64,000 nucleotides of DNA from a virus. Its lineage: Duplodnaviria; Caudoviricetes. The position numbers were made by a program, and so were the translations under genes. The stretch is taken from IMG/VR virus record IMGVR_UViG_3300042139_000023; one strand, given 5' to 3'. This document shows positions 9,633-18,746 of this stretch, in pieces. Under the pieces are notes generated by a model that saw only the letters and a program-made list of their open reading frames with translations, made no database searches and was not told where the DNA came from. Every line of letters starts with the position of its first letter. Positions within the stretch are counted from its first letter, which is position 1.

Positions 9633-9902
9633 ATGAGAGTTCCCGTGACGGCCATCGCCAACGGTGAGTTCAGTAATCCCGAGGAAGGCACCACGGCCAC
9701 GGTCGACCGTCTGGTGATGGCTGCCTCGTACTGGAAGGTCAGCGACTCGGCCCTGCGGTCCCTGGTCCACCTCACGGCTCTGGCCTGCGCCTCCGACAAG
9801 GTCGTCTCGATGACCCTGCTGACGGCCGACCTCGACGAGCTGGTCCGGCGTGGCCTCATCCGGTGCGGCGCCGACCGCCCCGACACGGTGGTGCTGATCT
9901 GA
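9633..9902 (+). CDS. hypothetical protein
   Basis: AAGGAG RBS; 89 aa. Confidence 0.7.
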   Translation: MRVPVTAIANGEFSNPEEGTTATVDRLVMAASYWKVSDSALRSLVHLTALACASDKVVSMTLLTADLDELVRRGLIRCGADRPDTVVLI

Positions 9903-10159
9903 TGGCCCTCCAGCGCATCAGCAAAATCGTGAAGACGCCTGAGAACGAAGTGGTCTACGCGATCGGAGACGGAGAGGCGGGCACCGGTTTCCGGATGATC
10001 TGCTCCGGCTGCCCCGGCAAGGACGTCGAGTACAACAGCGCGGCGGCGGCCATCCTCGGCGTCTCGTACCATGCCGAACTGGACCCGGACGAGCGCTTCG
10101 TTCCCACCACGAAGAACCCGCGCCCCAAGCCCCGCGAGATTCCGGAGGATGAGCTGTGA
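9902..10159 (+). CDS. hypothetical protein
   Basis: TGATG overlap; CSGC. Confidence 0.7.
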   Translation: MALQRISKIVKTPENEVVYAIGDGEAGTGFRMICSGCPGKDVEYNSAAAAILGVSYHAELDPDERFVPTTKNPRPKPREIPEDEL

Positions 10160-10905
10160 CCGATGACACCGATTTCGACGGGTGTCACCGGGAGTGCCGG
10201 ACCAAGGGCAAGCACTCCCGGGTGTGGGGCGGCTGCGAGTTCGGCATCCGGCCCGAGCCCACGGTGAGCATGTCGAAGGTCTACACGGCGGGCGACGGCT
10301 ATCCCTCGATCGGGTACGACTCGTACACCGTGGACCAGCTCACCGAGCTGATCGAGCCCGCCCTGAAGGGCATCACCGTGCGCCTCGGCCCGAACTCGTC
10401 GGCCGCCGTCCAGCGCGGCGAGTCGTTCCGCCTCTCCGGCGGCGAGATGTGGGCCATCGCCCGGCAGGCGGCGCACGCGATCGTCCACCGCAACGACCCG
10501 GACCGGCCGCCCCTGGAGACTCCGTTCGTCACGCGAGTCATGGAGATCTTCTCCCTGTCGCACGCCGACAGCTACGGGGATCTGTTCTGGCGGGTGGACG
10601 ACGGCGAGCTGAAGCTGTACGCCAACGTCTCGGACGTCTTCTTCTGGGGCGGCAGCGACGTCGAGGAGATCACCCGTGAGACGCTGCCCGAGCTGGAGAA
10701 GGCGTACGCCGACCTGAAGGCCGTGGAGGCGGAGGAGTTCACGGCTGAGCTGTACGCGGCCCGGCTCCGGAAGATGCGCCCCCAGGGTGCGTACTACCCG
10801 ACGGATGCGCACGAATCCTGGCGACGCGTCTACGCCCTGTTCGACGCCTGCGGGCCAGAGCGGAGCGTCGACGTGGGCAATCCGAAGAAGCCGCCGGTCC
10901 ACTGA
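10156..10905 (+). CDS. hypothetical protein
   Basis: 249 aa, GTGA overlap, strong GC3 bias. Confidence 0.8.
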   Translation: MTDDTDFDGCHRECRTKGKHSRVWGGCEFGIRPEPTVSMSKVYTAGDGYPSIGYDSYTVDQLTELIEPALKGITVRLGPNSSAAVQRGESFRLSGGEMWAIARQAAHAIVHRNDPDRPPLETPFVTRVMEIFSLSHADSYGDLFWRVDDGELKLYANVSDVFFWGGSDVEEITRETLPELEKAYADLKAVEAEEFTAELYAARLRKMRPQGAYYPTDAHESWRRVYALFDACGPERSVDVGNPKKPPVH

Positions 10906-10960
10906 CCGGCACAGCCGCCCGGCCTGAGCCGGGCGGCTCGACCCCGCGAAAGGGAAGACC

Positions 10961-11680
10961 GTGGGCATCCGCCTGAACAAGAAGCTCGGCTGGGCTCTGA
11001 CCGGCCTGGAGCGCGATGAGCACGGACGCCTCACCGATCCGCGCGTCAGTCTCGACGGCGTCAATCGCTACGTGGAGGACTTCGCCCCGCTGTACCTGGG
11101 GTACCTGGAGGCGCTGCGCGACGCGGAGCCCGAGAACTCCGACGCCTGGTTCGACCTGATGATGTCGATCGAGATGGTGAAGGCGGCCCGTGACCAGGAT
11201 GGCGTTCTGAACTGGCCGGTCACCTGCCGGTCGGACGCCGGATACCGCGACCTGCTGCTCATCCAGCCGGTGGGATATCAGGGCTGGAGCCGGTACGGCG
11301 ACCCGCTCGACCAGCAGGAGGAGGCGATGCTGTACCCCGGCATGGAGCCTCGCGTGGTGCCCATGCCGTACGGCATCTACCCCTTCGAGGGGCTGTACAT
11401 GGACAGCCGCACCGGCCAGAAGCTGGACTCCACGGCCAAGCGGATCGTCGACCGGCTGCTGGAGGTGGCCGAGAAGGACGACGACAAGCGTGAGGACCGG
11501 CTGAAGGCGGCCGACCACCTGGCCAAGTCGATGGGGTTCGAGAACGCGGGGCACGCCAAGGAGCACATTGCACCCATCGTGCCGCCCGACGTCCGCTACG
11601 TGATCTCGTGGCTGAACCTGCTCAACGGGCCCGACGCCTGGCTTCAGCTCCGGCCGGTGCTCTACGTCTACTGGTCCTGA
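10961..11680 (+). CDS. hypothetical protein
   Basis: 239 aa, AAGGGAAG RBS; stop abuts the convergent gene stop. Confidence 0.8.
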   Translation: MGIRLNKKLGWALTGLERDEHGRLTDPRVSLDGVNRYVEDFAPLYLGYLEALRDAEPENSDAWFDLMMSIEMVKAARDQDGVLNWPVTCRSDAGYRDLLLIQPVGYQGWSRYGDPLDQQEEAMLYPGMEPRVVPMPYGIYPFEGLYMDSRTGQKLDSTAKRIVDRLLEVAEKDDDKREDRLKAADHLAKSMGFENAGHAKEHIAPIVPPDVRYVISWLNLLNGPDAWLQLRPVLYVYWS

Positions 11681-12529
11681 TCAGAACGCGGTGACCCGCT
11701 TCACCGGCCCCGGGTTCCGGTCCAGATCGACCGGCCGGAACCGGGCGCCGGGCAGAGTGCAGCGCGCCTTCAGCTCGTCCCCCGACATCGCCAGAATGGC
11801 GTCAGCCTGTTCCTCGGCCGGACCGGTGAGCGCCATGTCCCCGTAGCTCAGCCCCTCGAACCCGGCGTGGTACGCCCGGGGTGCGAACGGGAAGGCGACG
11901 TGCAGCCCCTGCTGGGCCATGTCGTTGGCCATCACCCCGTCGTACAGCGGGCCCGTACGCAGCATGTTCTCCTCGCCGAACTCGGCCGTCACGGCGGCGC
12001 CCATCTCGGGGAAGTAGTTCGGCCGCAGGCGCTTCAGGATCTTGCCGATGCGCTCCGGCCGGTAGCTGGAGCCCCAGACCTGGAAGGCCCCCGAGAGGTA
12101 GACGGCGTCAGGCCGGTTCGGCACCCGCACATCGTCGGCGAGGAAGATGTTCTCGCAGGCGCTCACCGAGTAGGCGCCCGGCGCCAGCTTGTGGGTGTCC
12201 CGGTGGAACCCGAAGTACCCCACGCCGATCAGGATGTCCTCCTCCAGGACGTGCACCAGATCGTCCGGGCCCACCCAGTCCAGCGCCTCCTGCATCGCGG
12301 TGAAGACGTTGTAGCTGCCGCTCGGGTAGTCGATGTCGCGCACCTTCAGGACCGCCCGGCCCGGATGTGCGTACTCGAACTCCTTGGCTACGGCCAGAGT
12401 CTCCTCGTCGTGGCCGCAGTCCACGGAGAGCATGACGCGCACCCCGCCGTCCATGGCGCGGGCCAGGCGCCGCAGACATGCCGCAGCGAATCCGGCCCGG
12501 CGCCACAGGGGAACGATCACATAGTCCAC
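11681..12529 (-). CDS. putative GT-A fold glycosyltransferase
   Basis: YVIVPLWRR..., VMLSVDCG, VHVLEEDILI (DxD-like EED); TAGTG overlap with upstream epimerase. Confidence 0.65.
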   Translation of the reverse strand: MDYVIVPLWRRAGFAAACLRRLARAMDGGVRVMLSVDCGHDEETLAVAKEFEYAHPGRAVLKVRDIDYPSGSYNVFTAMQEALDWVGPDDLVHVLEEDILIGVGYFGFHRDTHKLAPGAYSVSACENIFLADDVRVPNRPDAVYLSGAFQVWGSSYRPERIGKILKRLRPNYFPEMGAAVTAEFGEENMLRTGPLYDGVMANDMAQQGLHVAFPFAPRAYHAGFEGLSYGDMALTGPAEEQADAILAMSGDELKARCTLPGARFRPVDLDRNPGPVKRVTAF

Positions 12530-13479
12530 TACTGGGTCGCCTTCCAGAAGGGCAGCCAGTTCTCGGCGTACCACTCGACGGTGCGCCGGATGCCCTCCTC
12601 CAGGGAGACGAAGTCCCGGGCGTCGATCCCCAGAGGCTCCAGCGTGCTTGTGTCGGATCGTACGACAGCACCCGGAACCTCGCCCGGCCTCATCGGAAGA
12701 TGCGTGATCTCGACCGGATCCCGGCCGCTCGACTCGGCGGCGAACCGGGCCACCAGCCGGGCCACGTCGTTGACGGTGCAGGACTCCACCGGACCGACCT
12801 CGGCGGGCTTGTCCAGCGGACCGTGGGCCATCGTGTGCTCCATGGCCGTGACGAAGGAGGAGGCCACGTCGCCCACGTAGACGCAGTCACTGACCTGCTG
12901 GCCGTCTCCGTAGACCTCGATCGCCGTGCTGGTCAGGGCCCGGCAGGTGAAAGCAGGCAGGATCTTGCGGACCTTCGAGGGCCCGTACGGCGCCGCGACG
13001 GACTGCCCCGGCCCGTACGCGTTGACCGGCCGCACCACCGAGACGAGGCCACCCCGGTAGGCGTTGTACATGCGGCCGTAGTCCTCGACGCAGGTCTTCG
13101 AGATCGTGTAGCTGCCGGTCGCGTGATCCCTCATCCAGGCGTTGCCCACGCCCGCGTACACCACCGGAAGGTGGTACTGCACGGCTGCCTCGAAGACGTT
13201 CAGGCCGCCCAGGATGTTCGTCGCGGCCGACGGCCGGGGATTCTGGATCGTCTCCTGCGTGCCGAGCACGGCTGCCAGGTGAATGATCCCGTCCACGTGG
13301 GCGGCCAGTTCTGTGACCGCCGTGGGGCTCTCGATGTCTCCGAGGAAGAAGGACTCTCCGTCGGCCATCGGCGTGCGCGGGTACCGGTCGAACACGGCCA
13401 CTTCGTGGCCGCGCCGCAGCAGCTCCCGGCGCACCCAGCCGCCGATGAAGCCCTGCCCGCCGCTCAGTCCGATCTTCAT
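12529..13479 (-). CDS. NAD-dependent epimerase/dehydratase (extended SDR)
   Basis: GGQGFIG Rossmann motif, IIHLAAV, YTISK (YxxxK), RPVNAYGPGQ, DCVYVGDVA, RPGEV. Confidence 0.92.
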   Translation of the reverse strand: MKIGLSGGQGFIGGWVRRELLRRGHEVAVFDRYPRTPMADGESFFLGDIESPTAVTELAAHVDGIIHLAAVLGTQETIQNPRPSAATNILGGLNVFEAAVQYHLPVVYAGVGNAWMRDHATGSYTISKTCVEDYGRMYNAYRGGLVSVVRPVNAYGPGQSVAAPYGPSKVRKILPAFTCRALTSTAIEVYGDGQQVSDCVYVGDVASSFVTAMEHTMAHGPLDKPAEVGPVESCTVNDVARLVARFAAESSGRDPVEITHLPMRPGEVPGAVVRSDTSTLEPLGIDARDFVSLEEGIRRTVEWYAENWLPFWKATQ

Positions 13480-13967
13480 CCGCATCCCCTTTGCACGGCA
13501 TCACGCCCATACTTTCTGGTGGCTGCACCCCGGGCCTCGCCTGAATCGTGAGCCCCGTGGCACTTCTTGCACAGCTCCGACCAGTCGTTCAGGTCGCGAC
13601 GATACTCGTGACTTTTGTTCGACCACTCGGTTGGAGCATCCGAAGTTCCGCAGTTTTCACAGACTCCGGTTTTCTGCTTGTGCTTTGCTACCCAGCGATG
13701 GAGTTCTTTGTAACTTACGTCCTCACCTTTCCAGGACACGTTGCCTTCGCCGGTTTCTTGCGGTCGGCCCGGCTTGAACCAGCCGGGATTCTCGTTTTTG
13801 ATCTCGTACTTGAGGCCGGTGGGGCGGACTCGGTAGCGGTACATGCAGTCGCGTGAGCAGTAGCGCCCGCGCCCCTGCTCGATTCGCCTCTTCGGAGTCT
13901 CGAACTCCTCTCCGCACGGACAGGTCACCTTCACGTACTCGACGGCTCGTTCGCCAGGCTTGGGCAT
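13476..13967 (-). CDS. HNH endonuclease with N-terminal zinc-ribbon
   Basis: CPCG...YCSRDC; SWKGEDVSYKELHRWV...CENC...EWSNKSH.Y.RDLNDW.ELCKKCHGAHD; lower GC than neighbours. Confidence 0.75.
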   Translation of the reverse strand: MPKPGERAVEYVKVTCPCGEEFETPKRRIEQGRGRYCSRDCMYRYRVRPTGLKYEIKNENPGWFKPGRPQETGEGNVSWKGEDVSYKELHRWVAKHKQKTGVCENCGTSDAPTEWSNKSHEYRRDLNDWSELCKKCHGAHDSGEARGAATRKYGRDAVQRGCG

Positions 13968-14195
13968 GGTGTCACCTCGGTTTCATGGGTCGTTACGAGT
14001 AGCTTCCCATGAAACCGTTCCTTGCCATGCATGCCTCCCTGACCGCCGTTGATCGGCAGTCTGCCACAAGGCCACGTCTCCACAGAGCAAAACCGCAGGT
14101 CAGATCGCGTTGTCAGTGGTAGCTAGTAGAGTGGGAACCACGCAAGAACAAGCCACGAGAACGAGAACAAAACGCACAGGATCAAGGAGAAGAAC

Positions 14196-15296
14196 GTGAC
14201 CACCGACATTCTCAAGAAGCACAAGGTCAACCACGTCGCCCTGGTGATCGACAAGTCGGGTTCGATGGGCAAGCACGAGTCGACCGTCATCCGTGTGGTC
14301 GACGAGTTCGTGAAGGGCCTCAAGGAGGAGTCCGACGCGCTCGGGCACGAGACCCGCATCTCGCTCTACGCCTTCAACCACATCGTGGAGTGCCTGGTCT
14401 GGGACATGGACGTCAAGGCGCTTCCGTCCATGCGTGGCCTGTACTACCCGGACGGCGCCACCTCCCTGATCGAGGCGTCGGTGCTGTCGCTGAACGACCT
14501 CAAGACGGAGGTCTCGGAGAAGTACGGGGAGCACTCCTTCCTCCAGGTCGTGTGGACCGACGGCGAGGAGAACGCCTCGGGCTACACCAAGTGGGGCAAC
14601 ATGCACACCCAGTACGGCCAGGTCGTCAACCGCCGTCAGCTCGACGAACAGCTCGGTCTGATCCGTTCCGCGATGGGCAGCCTGCCCGACCACTGGACCT
14701 CCGCGATCCTCGTGCCCAACTCGCTGGCCAAGCGGACCGCCCAGTCCTACGGCTTCGCGGCGGGCAACATCGCCGTCTGGGACGCCGACACCACGAAGGG
14801 CGTCGAGGAGGCCATCGGCACCGTCAAGGCGGCGGCCACCAGCTTCCTGCGGGGCCGCGAGGCGGGCGTTCGCGGCACGAAGAGCCTCTTCGCGGTCGGC
14901 CAGGACATCGACATCAACACGGTGAAGGCCGTGCTGAAGCCGCTCAGCCGGGGCTCCTACGAGATCTACGACGTGGAGGCGGCCGAGGACGGCATGGAGA
15001 TCCGCGACTTCGTCGAGAAGCACACCGAGAAGTCCTACCGCCCGCGCTCCGCGTACTACGAGCTGGGCGTTCGCGTCTCGGTCCAGTCCAACAAGGACGT
15101 CCTGGTCTACGACAAGAAGACCCGGAAGGTCTACGGCGGCGAGGACGCCCGCGAGCTGCTGTTCGGCCCCGACGGGCGCACGAACGGCACCCTCTCGGTG
15201 AAGGCCGGGTTCAACCCGGACCTGAAGGTCTTCGTGATGTCGGGCAGCTACAACCGGAAGCTGAAGAAGAACACGAAGCTCCTCGTCAAGCTGTGA
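14196..15296 (+). CDS. vWA-domain protein
   Basis: VALVIDKSGSM (MIDAS DxSxS), GATSL, VVWTDGEEN. Confidence 0.85.
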   Translation: MTTDILKKHKVNHVALVIDKSGSMGKHESTVIRVVDEFVKGLKEESDALGHETRISLYAFNHIVECLVWDMDVKALPSMRGLYYPDGATSLIEASVLSLNDLKTEVSEKYGEHSFLQVVWTDGEENASGYTKWGNMHTQYGQVVNRRQLDEQLGLIRSAMGSLPDHWTSAILVPNSLAKRTAQSYGFAAGNIAVWDADTTKGVEEAIGTVKAAATSFLRGREAGVRGTKSLFAVGQDIDINTVKAVLKPLSRGSYEIYDVEAAEDGMEIRDFVEKHTEKSYRPRSAYYELGVRVSVQSNKDVLVYDKKTRKVYGGEDARELLFGPDGRTNGTLSVKAGFNPDLKVFVMSGSYNRKLKKNTKLLVKL

Positions 15297-15380
15297 GCCG
15301 GGCCGGTACAGTTCCGGCATGACTCGTGACGCGACTTTCCCACTTCAGCCCCAAGGCGGGGCTGGTGGGGAAGGAACGCG

Positions 15381-15539
15381 ATGGCGCACAGTCCGCATCG
15401 CCAGTGGAAGGGGTGCCGCCTCTGCGCTCCCCACAAGGACAAGCGCAACGGCCGTCCGGTCCGCGATCCGTGGCGCGAGGTCCGCAAGACGGGCCTGAAG
15501 CGCCGCTACGGCCGCCGCTGGACGCCCGAAGAGAGCTGA
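15381..15539 (+). CDS. small basic Cys/His protein (52 aa)
   Basis: AAGGA RBS; MAHSPHRQWKGCRLCAPHKDKRNG...; not in supplied ORF track. Confidence 0.55.
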   Translation: MAHSPHRQWKGCRLCAPHKDKRNGRPVRDPWREVRKTGLKRRYGRRWTPEES

Positions 15540-15543
15540 CCCG

Positions 15544-15576
15544 ACACCCCGCCCATCCGCAAGATGGGCGGGGTGT
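15544..15576 (+). terminator. intrinsic terminator-like hairpin
   Basis: 14-bp stem ACACCCCGCCCATC/GATGGGCGGGGTGT. Confidence 0.75.
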
Positions 15577-15644
15577 TCTGCATTCCGTGATCCCATCCGG
15601 CCTGACCTCCGTCTACGCTGCTCTCAGCATCCGAGGAGGCCCGA

Positions 15645-18600
15645 ATGGCTCTGCCCACCCAGCGCACGGTCACCGGAACGTACGTGAATCCCGTGACGGG
15701 CAAGCCGTACGACGGCACAAACGGGCGCAACCAGTACGTGGTTTTCGAGCCGTATCCGTCCGTGTGGACCGACCAGGACGGAAATCAGATTCTCCTGGGA
15801 AGCGGCCGGGTGAATCTCTCCGAGAATGGCAGCTTCCAGAAAGACCTCGTCTGCACCGACGACCCCGGAGTTCTTCCGAGTGGGCGCCTGTGGAAAATCC
15901 ACCAGCACGTCGGAGACTCCATCTCCACCGGCTACATCGCCGTGCCGGAAGGAAGCGGGTCGCTGGACATCAGCGATCTCCTCTCGATCGAAGAGGGCGG
16001 GGTCGTCTTCGTCCCCTCCCCCGGACCTCCTGGCCCGGCCGGACCGACCGGACCGACGGGCCCCGCTGGTCCTGCTGGAGCAGAGGGCGCGGCGGGGCCA
16101 GCGGGCGCCGAAGGGGAGTCTGCGTACGACGTAGCGGTGGACAACGGGTTCGTCGGCACGGAATCCCAGTGGCTGGCCTCTCTGGTGGGACCCGAAGGCG
16201 CCGAAGGGCCGACCGGTCCCCAGCCTCCCCTCGGAGATGCCGGAGACGGCCCGACGGTCGCCCTGAAGTCGGACGATCCGACCACCACGAACTCGCGCAC
16301 CCCGACCGGCCCGGCAGGTGGTGACCTGGGCGGCACCTATCCGAACCCGGAAGTCCTGAAGCTGGCCGGAATCGAGATCACCGGCACGCCGAATCCGGGT
16401 GATGCCCTTGTGGCCACCAATGCCGACAGTGCTACCTGGGCGACGGCCGGTGAGTCGCTGCCCTGGGTTTTCGACGTGACCGACTCCGCCTACGGCGCAG
16501 TGGGCGATGCGACGATCGTGAGCGACGGCGCGATGACCTCCGGGTCCGCCATCCTCACCAGTTCCACGGCGAACTGGCCCACCGACATCACGGGCAAGAA
16601 GATCGCCGTGAAGAACGCCGGTCCGACAGGCATCACCACCCTCATCACCACCGTCGCCAGCCGCCAGAGCGCCACCCAGATCACCCTCTCCGACGCGAAC
16701 GCCTCGGGCATTTCGATCACCAACGCGACGGTCACTTACGGCACCGACGACACGGCTGCCATCCAGGCCGCCGTAGATGCGGCCGAGGCGTATCTGGTCA
16801 CCCACTCCTACGCGCAGGTGTACTTCCCGCCCCGGGCCTATCTGGTGGCAGGCGCCCTGAACACCAGCAAGAGCGGCAACGGGCAGATCGTGTTCGGCGT
16901 CTACGCGACGACCGGCGTGAAGAAGACGCTGGAGTTCCGGGGCGAGGGCAACGGCGCTGCGGCGGTCCGGCACTGGGAGCAGACAGTCCCCCAGTACGCC
17001 AACTCCTGCCTGATCAGCCTTGGGGTCTTCTCGTCGACCGCCGCGCAGATCTCCAACCTCAACGCCAACGGCAACCCGGGCGTCATCAGCGGCCCCAACG
17101 AAGGCACCTCGAACGGCCTGGCGTACGGCGCCTCGGCCCGCTACAGCAACGTGATGGCCGTGCTGACCAACCTGGCCATTCTTACGACCCACTCGGCGTA
17201 CGGCCTCGGCTACGGGGCGGCCAACCTCTGGGGCTGCGCCAACGCCTACATCGACAACTTCGGCTACGGCACGGCAGGCACCGTCGCCAGCCCGAGCACC
17301 GACTACACCTCGCCCGGAGTTTTCGCCACGGGCCTCGTGGTCGGCCTGCTGCTTCCGGCGCCCGGCAACAACGACCACACCATCGCCCGGAACATCTCCT
17401 GCGGAGGCGGCTACACCTACGCTCTCTTCTTCACCGAGCATGCGGTGATCGAACGCCTGATGATTCTGTACTGCTGGGCCGCCCTGGTCGCGGTCGGTTC
17501 CTACGCGGGCAGCGTCGGATCCGTCCATGGCATGAAGGTCGTCTCGGCCTCGATCGAGGCGTGCACGAACGAGCTGTACATCTACGGCGGCGGCTCCAGC
17601 GGAATCGGTCCGATCGTCGACATCGATCAGCTCTCCACCGAGAACGGCACGCCGACCGTTCACGGCACGAGCACAGCCGCCATGAATGCGGCCCTGGGCA
17701 AGGTGCGGCTGACCGGCCTCTTCAACGAGGCGGGCGTCAACGTGACGAGCCCGACCGGAATCGAGCTGATCAACGGCCAGGTTCCGATCGCGATCAAGCG
17801 GAAGACCGCCACGTTCACGTGTTCGCCGATCGACCGGATCCTGATCTGCGACACCACCAGCGGAAGTTTCACCGGCACCCTCCCGAGCGCCGCGTTCTGC
17901 CCCGTCGAGTACACCTTCAAGAACGTCGGCAGCAATACGCTCACCGTGGCCACGACGAGCAGCCAGAACATCTACTCCATCAGCAGCACCGGGGCGACCA
18001 CCGCCACGGTCCGGCCTGGACAGACCCTCCGCGTCAGGGCCCTGTACAACGGAAGCACGTGGGGCTGGCACTCGGATACTCCGATCGCCCACGCCTCCAC
18101 GCACGCGCTCGGCGGATCGGACGCGCTCACCCCGGCGGCGATCGGCGCCGAACCCTCCCGCATCGCTGCGCACGGGCTGGCCGCCTGGTGCTACGACCCG
18201 GCGCTGGCGGTCAACTCGACGGAGATGTCCAACGGCGTCCTCTACCTGGTCCGGGTCGACCTCTACGCCAACGTCAACGCGACGAAGATCTACTGGTGGG
18301 TCGGCAACAACGGGTCCGGACCGGTTTCCGGCCAGAACCTGGTGGGCCTCTACTCCTCCACCGGAGTACTTCTGGCCTCGACGAACGTGGACTCCTCCAT
18401 CTCGTCGGCCGGTCTGAAGACCACCACCATCACGAGCCAGTCCCTGACGGCCGGATCGTTCTACTGGATCGGCCTCCTCTTCAACGCGTCGGTCCCTCCG
18501 ACCCTGACTCGTGGCTCCGGGTGGACTGGCGTGGAGAGCGCGGCCAACGTCGGCCTCACCGCCGCGACACTGCGTTTCGCCAAGAACGGATCCGGCCGGA

Positions 18601-18680
18601 CCGCACTTCCCTCTCCCCTTGTTCCAGAGATCAACACGGGCACAGACTTCGCGGGTCCCTGGGCTGCCGTAGGGGCGTGA
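15645..18680 (+). CDS. tail fibre/tailspike-like protein with collagen repeats and beta-helix module
   Basis: GxY collagen tract; SAYDVAVDNGFVGTESQWLASL motif; YGAVGD...TDDTAAIQAAVDAA pectate-lyase-3-like motif; G/S/T/A-rich. Confidence 0.75.
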   Translation: MALPTQRTVTGTYVNPVTGKPYDGTNGRNQYVVFEPYPSVWTDQDGNQILLGSGRVNLSENGSFQKDLVCTDDPGVLPSGRLWKIHQHVGDSISTGYIAVPEGSGSLDISDLLSIEEGGVVFVPSPGPPGPAGPTGPTGPAGPAGAEGAAGPAGAEGESAYDVAVDNGFVGTESQWLASLVGPEGAEGPTGPQPPLGDAGDGPTVALKSDDPTTTNSRTPTGPAGGDLGGTYPNPEVLKLAGIEITGTPNPGDALVATNADSATWATAGESLPWVFDVTDSAYGAVGDATIVSDGAMTSGSAILTSSTANWPTDITGKKIAVKNAGPTGITTLITTVASRQSATQITLSDANASGISITNATVTYGTDDTAAIQAAVDAAEAYLVTHSYAQVYFPPRAYLVAGALNTSKSGNGQIVFGVYATTGVKKTLEFRGEGNGAAAVRHWEQTVPQYANSCLISLGVFSSTAAQISNLNANGNPGVISGPNEGTSNGLAYGASARYSNVMAVLTNLAILTTHSAYGLGYGAANLWGCANAYIDNFGYGTAGTVASPSTDYTSPGVFATGLVVGLLLPAPGNNDHTIARNISCGGGYTYALFFTEHAVIERLMILYCWAALVAVGSYAGSVGSVHGMKVVSASIEACTNELYIYGGGSSGIGPIVDIDQLSTENGTPTVHGTSTAAMNAALGKVRLTGLFNEAGVNVTSPTGIELINGQVPIAIKRKTATFTCSPIDRILICDTTSGSFTGTLPSAAFCPVEYTFKNVGSNTLTVATTSSQNIYSISSTGATTATVRPGQTLRVRALYNGSTWGWHSDTPIAHASTHALGGSDALTPAAIGAEPSRIAAHGLAAWCYDPALAVNSTEMSNGVLYLVRVDLYANVNATKIYWWVGNNGSGPVSGQNLVGLYSSTGVLLASTNVDSSISSAGLKTTTITSQSLTAGSFYWIGLLFNASVPPTLTRGSGWTGVESAANVGLTAATLRFAKNGSGRTALPSPLVPEINTGTDFAGPWAAVGA
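16019..16116 (+). repeat. collagen-like Gly-X-Y coding repeat
   Basis: PGPPGPAGPTGPTGPAGPAGAEGAAGPAGAEG. Confidence 0.85.
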
Positions 18681-18746
18681 TCCAATCACTTCGGCGCTCG
18701 TCGTGATTCCTGATTACTCTGCTCCCAGACGAGAGAAAGGCTGACC

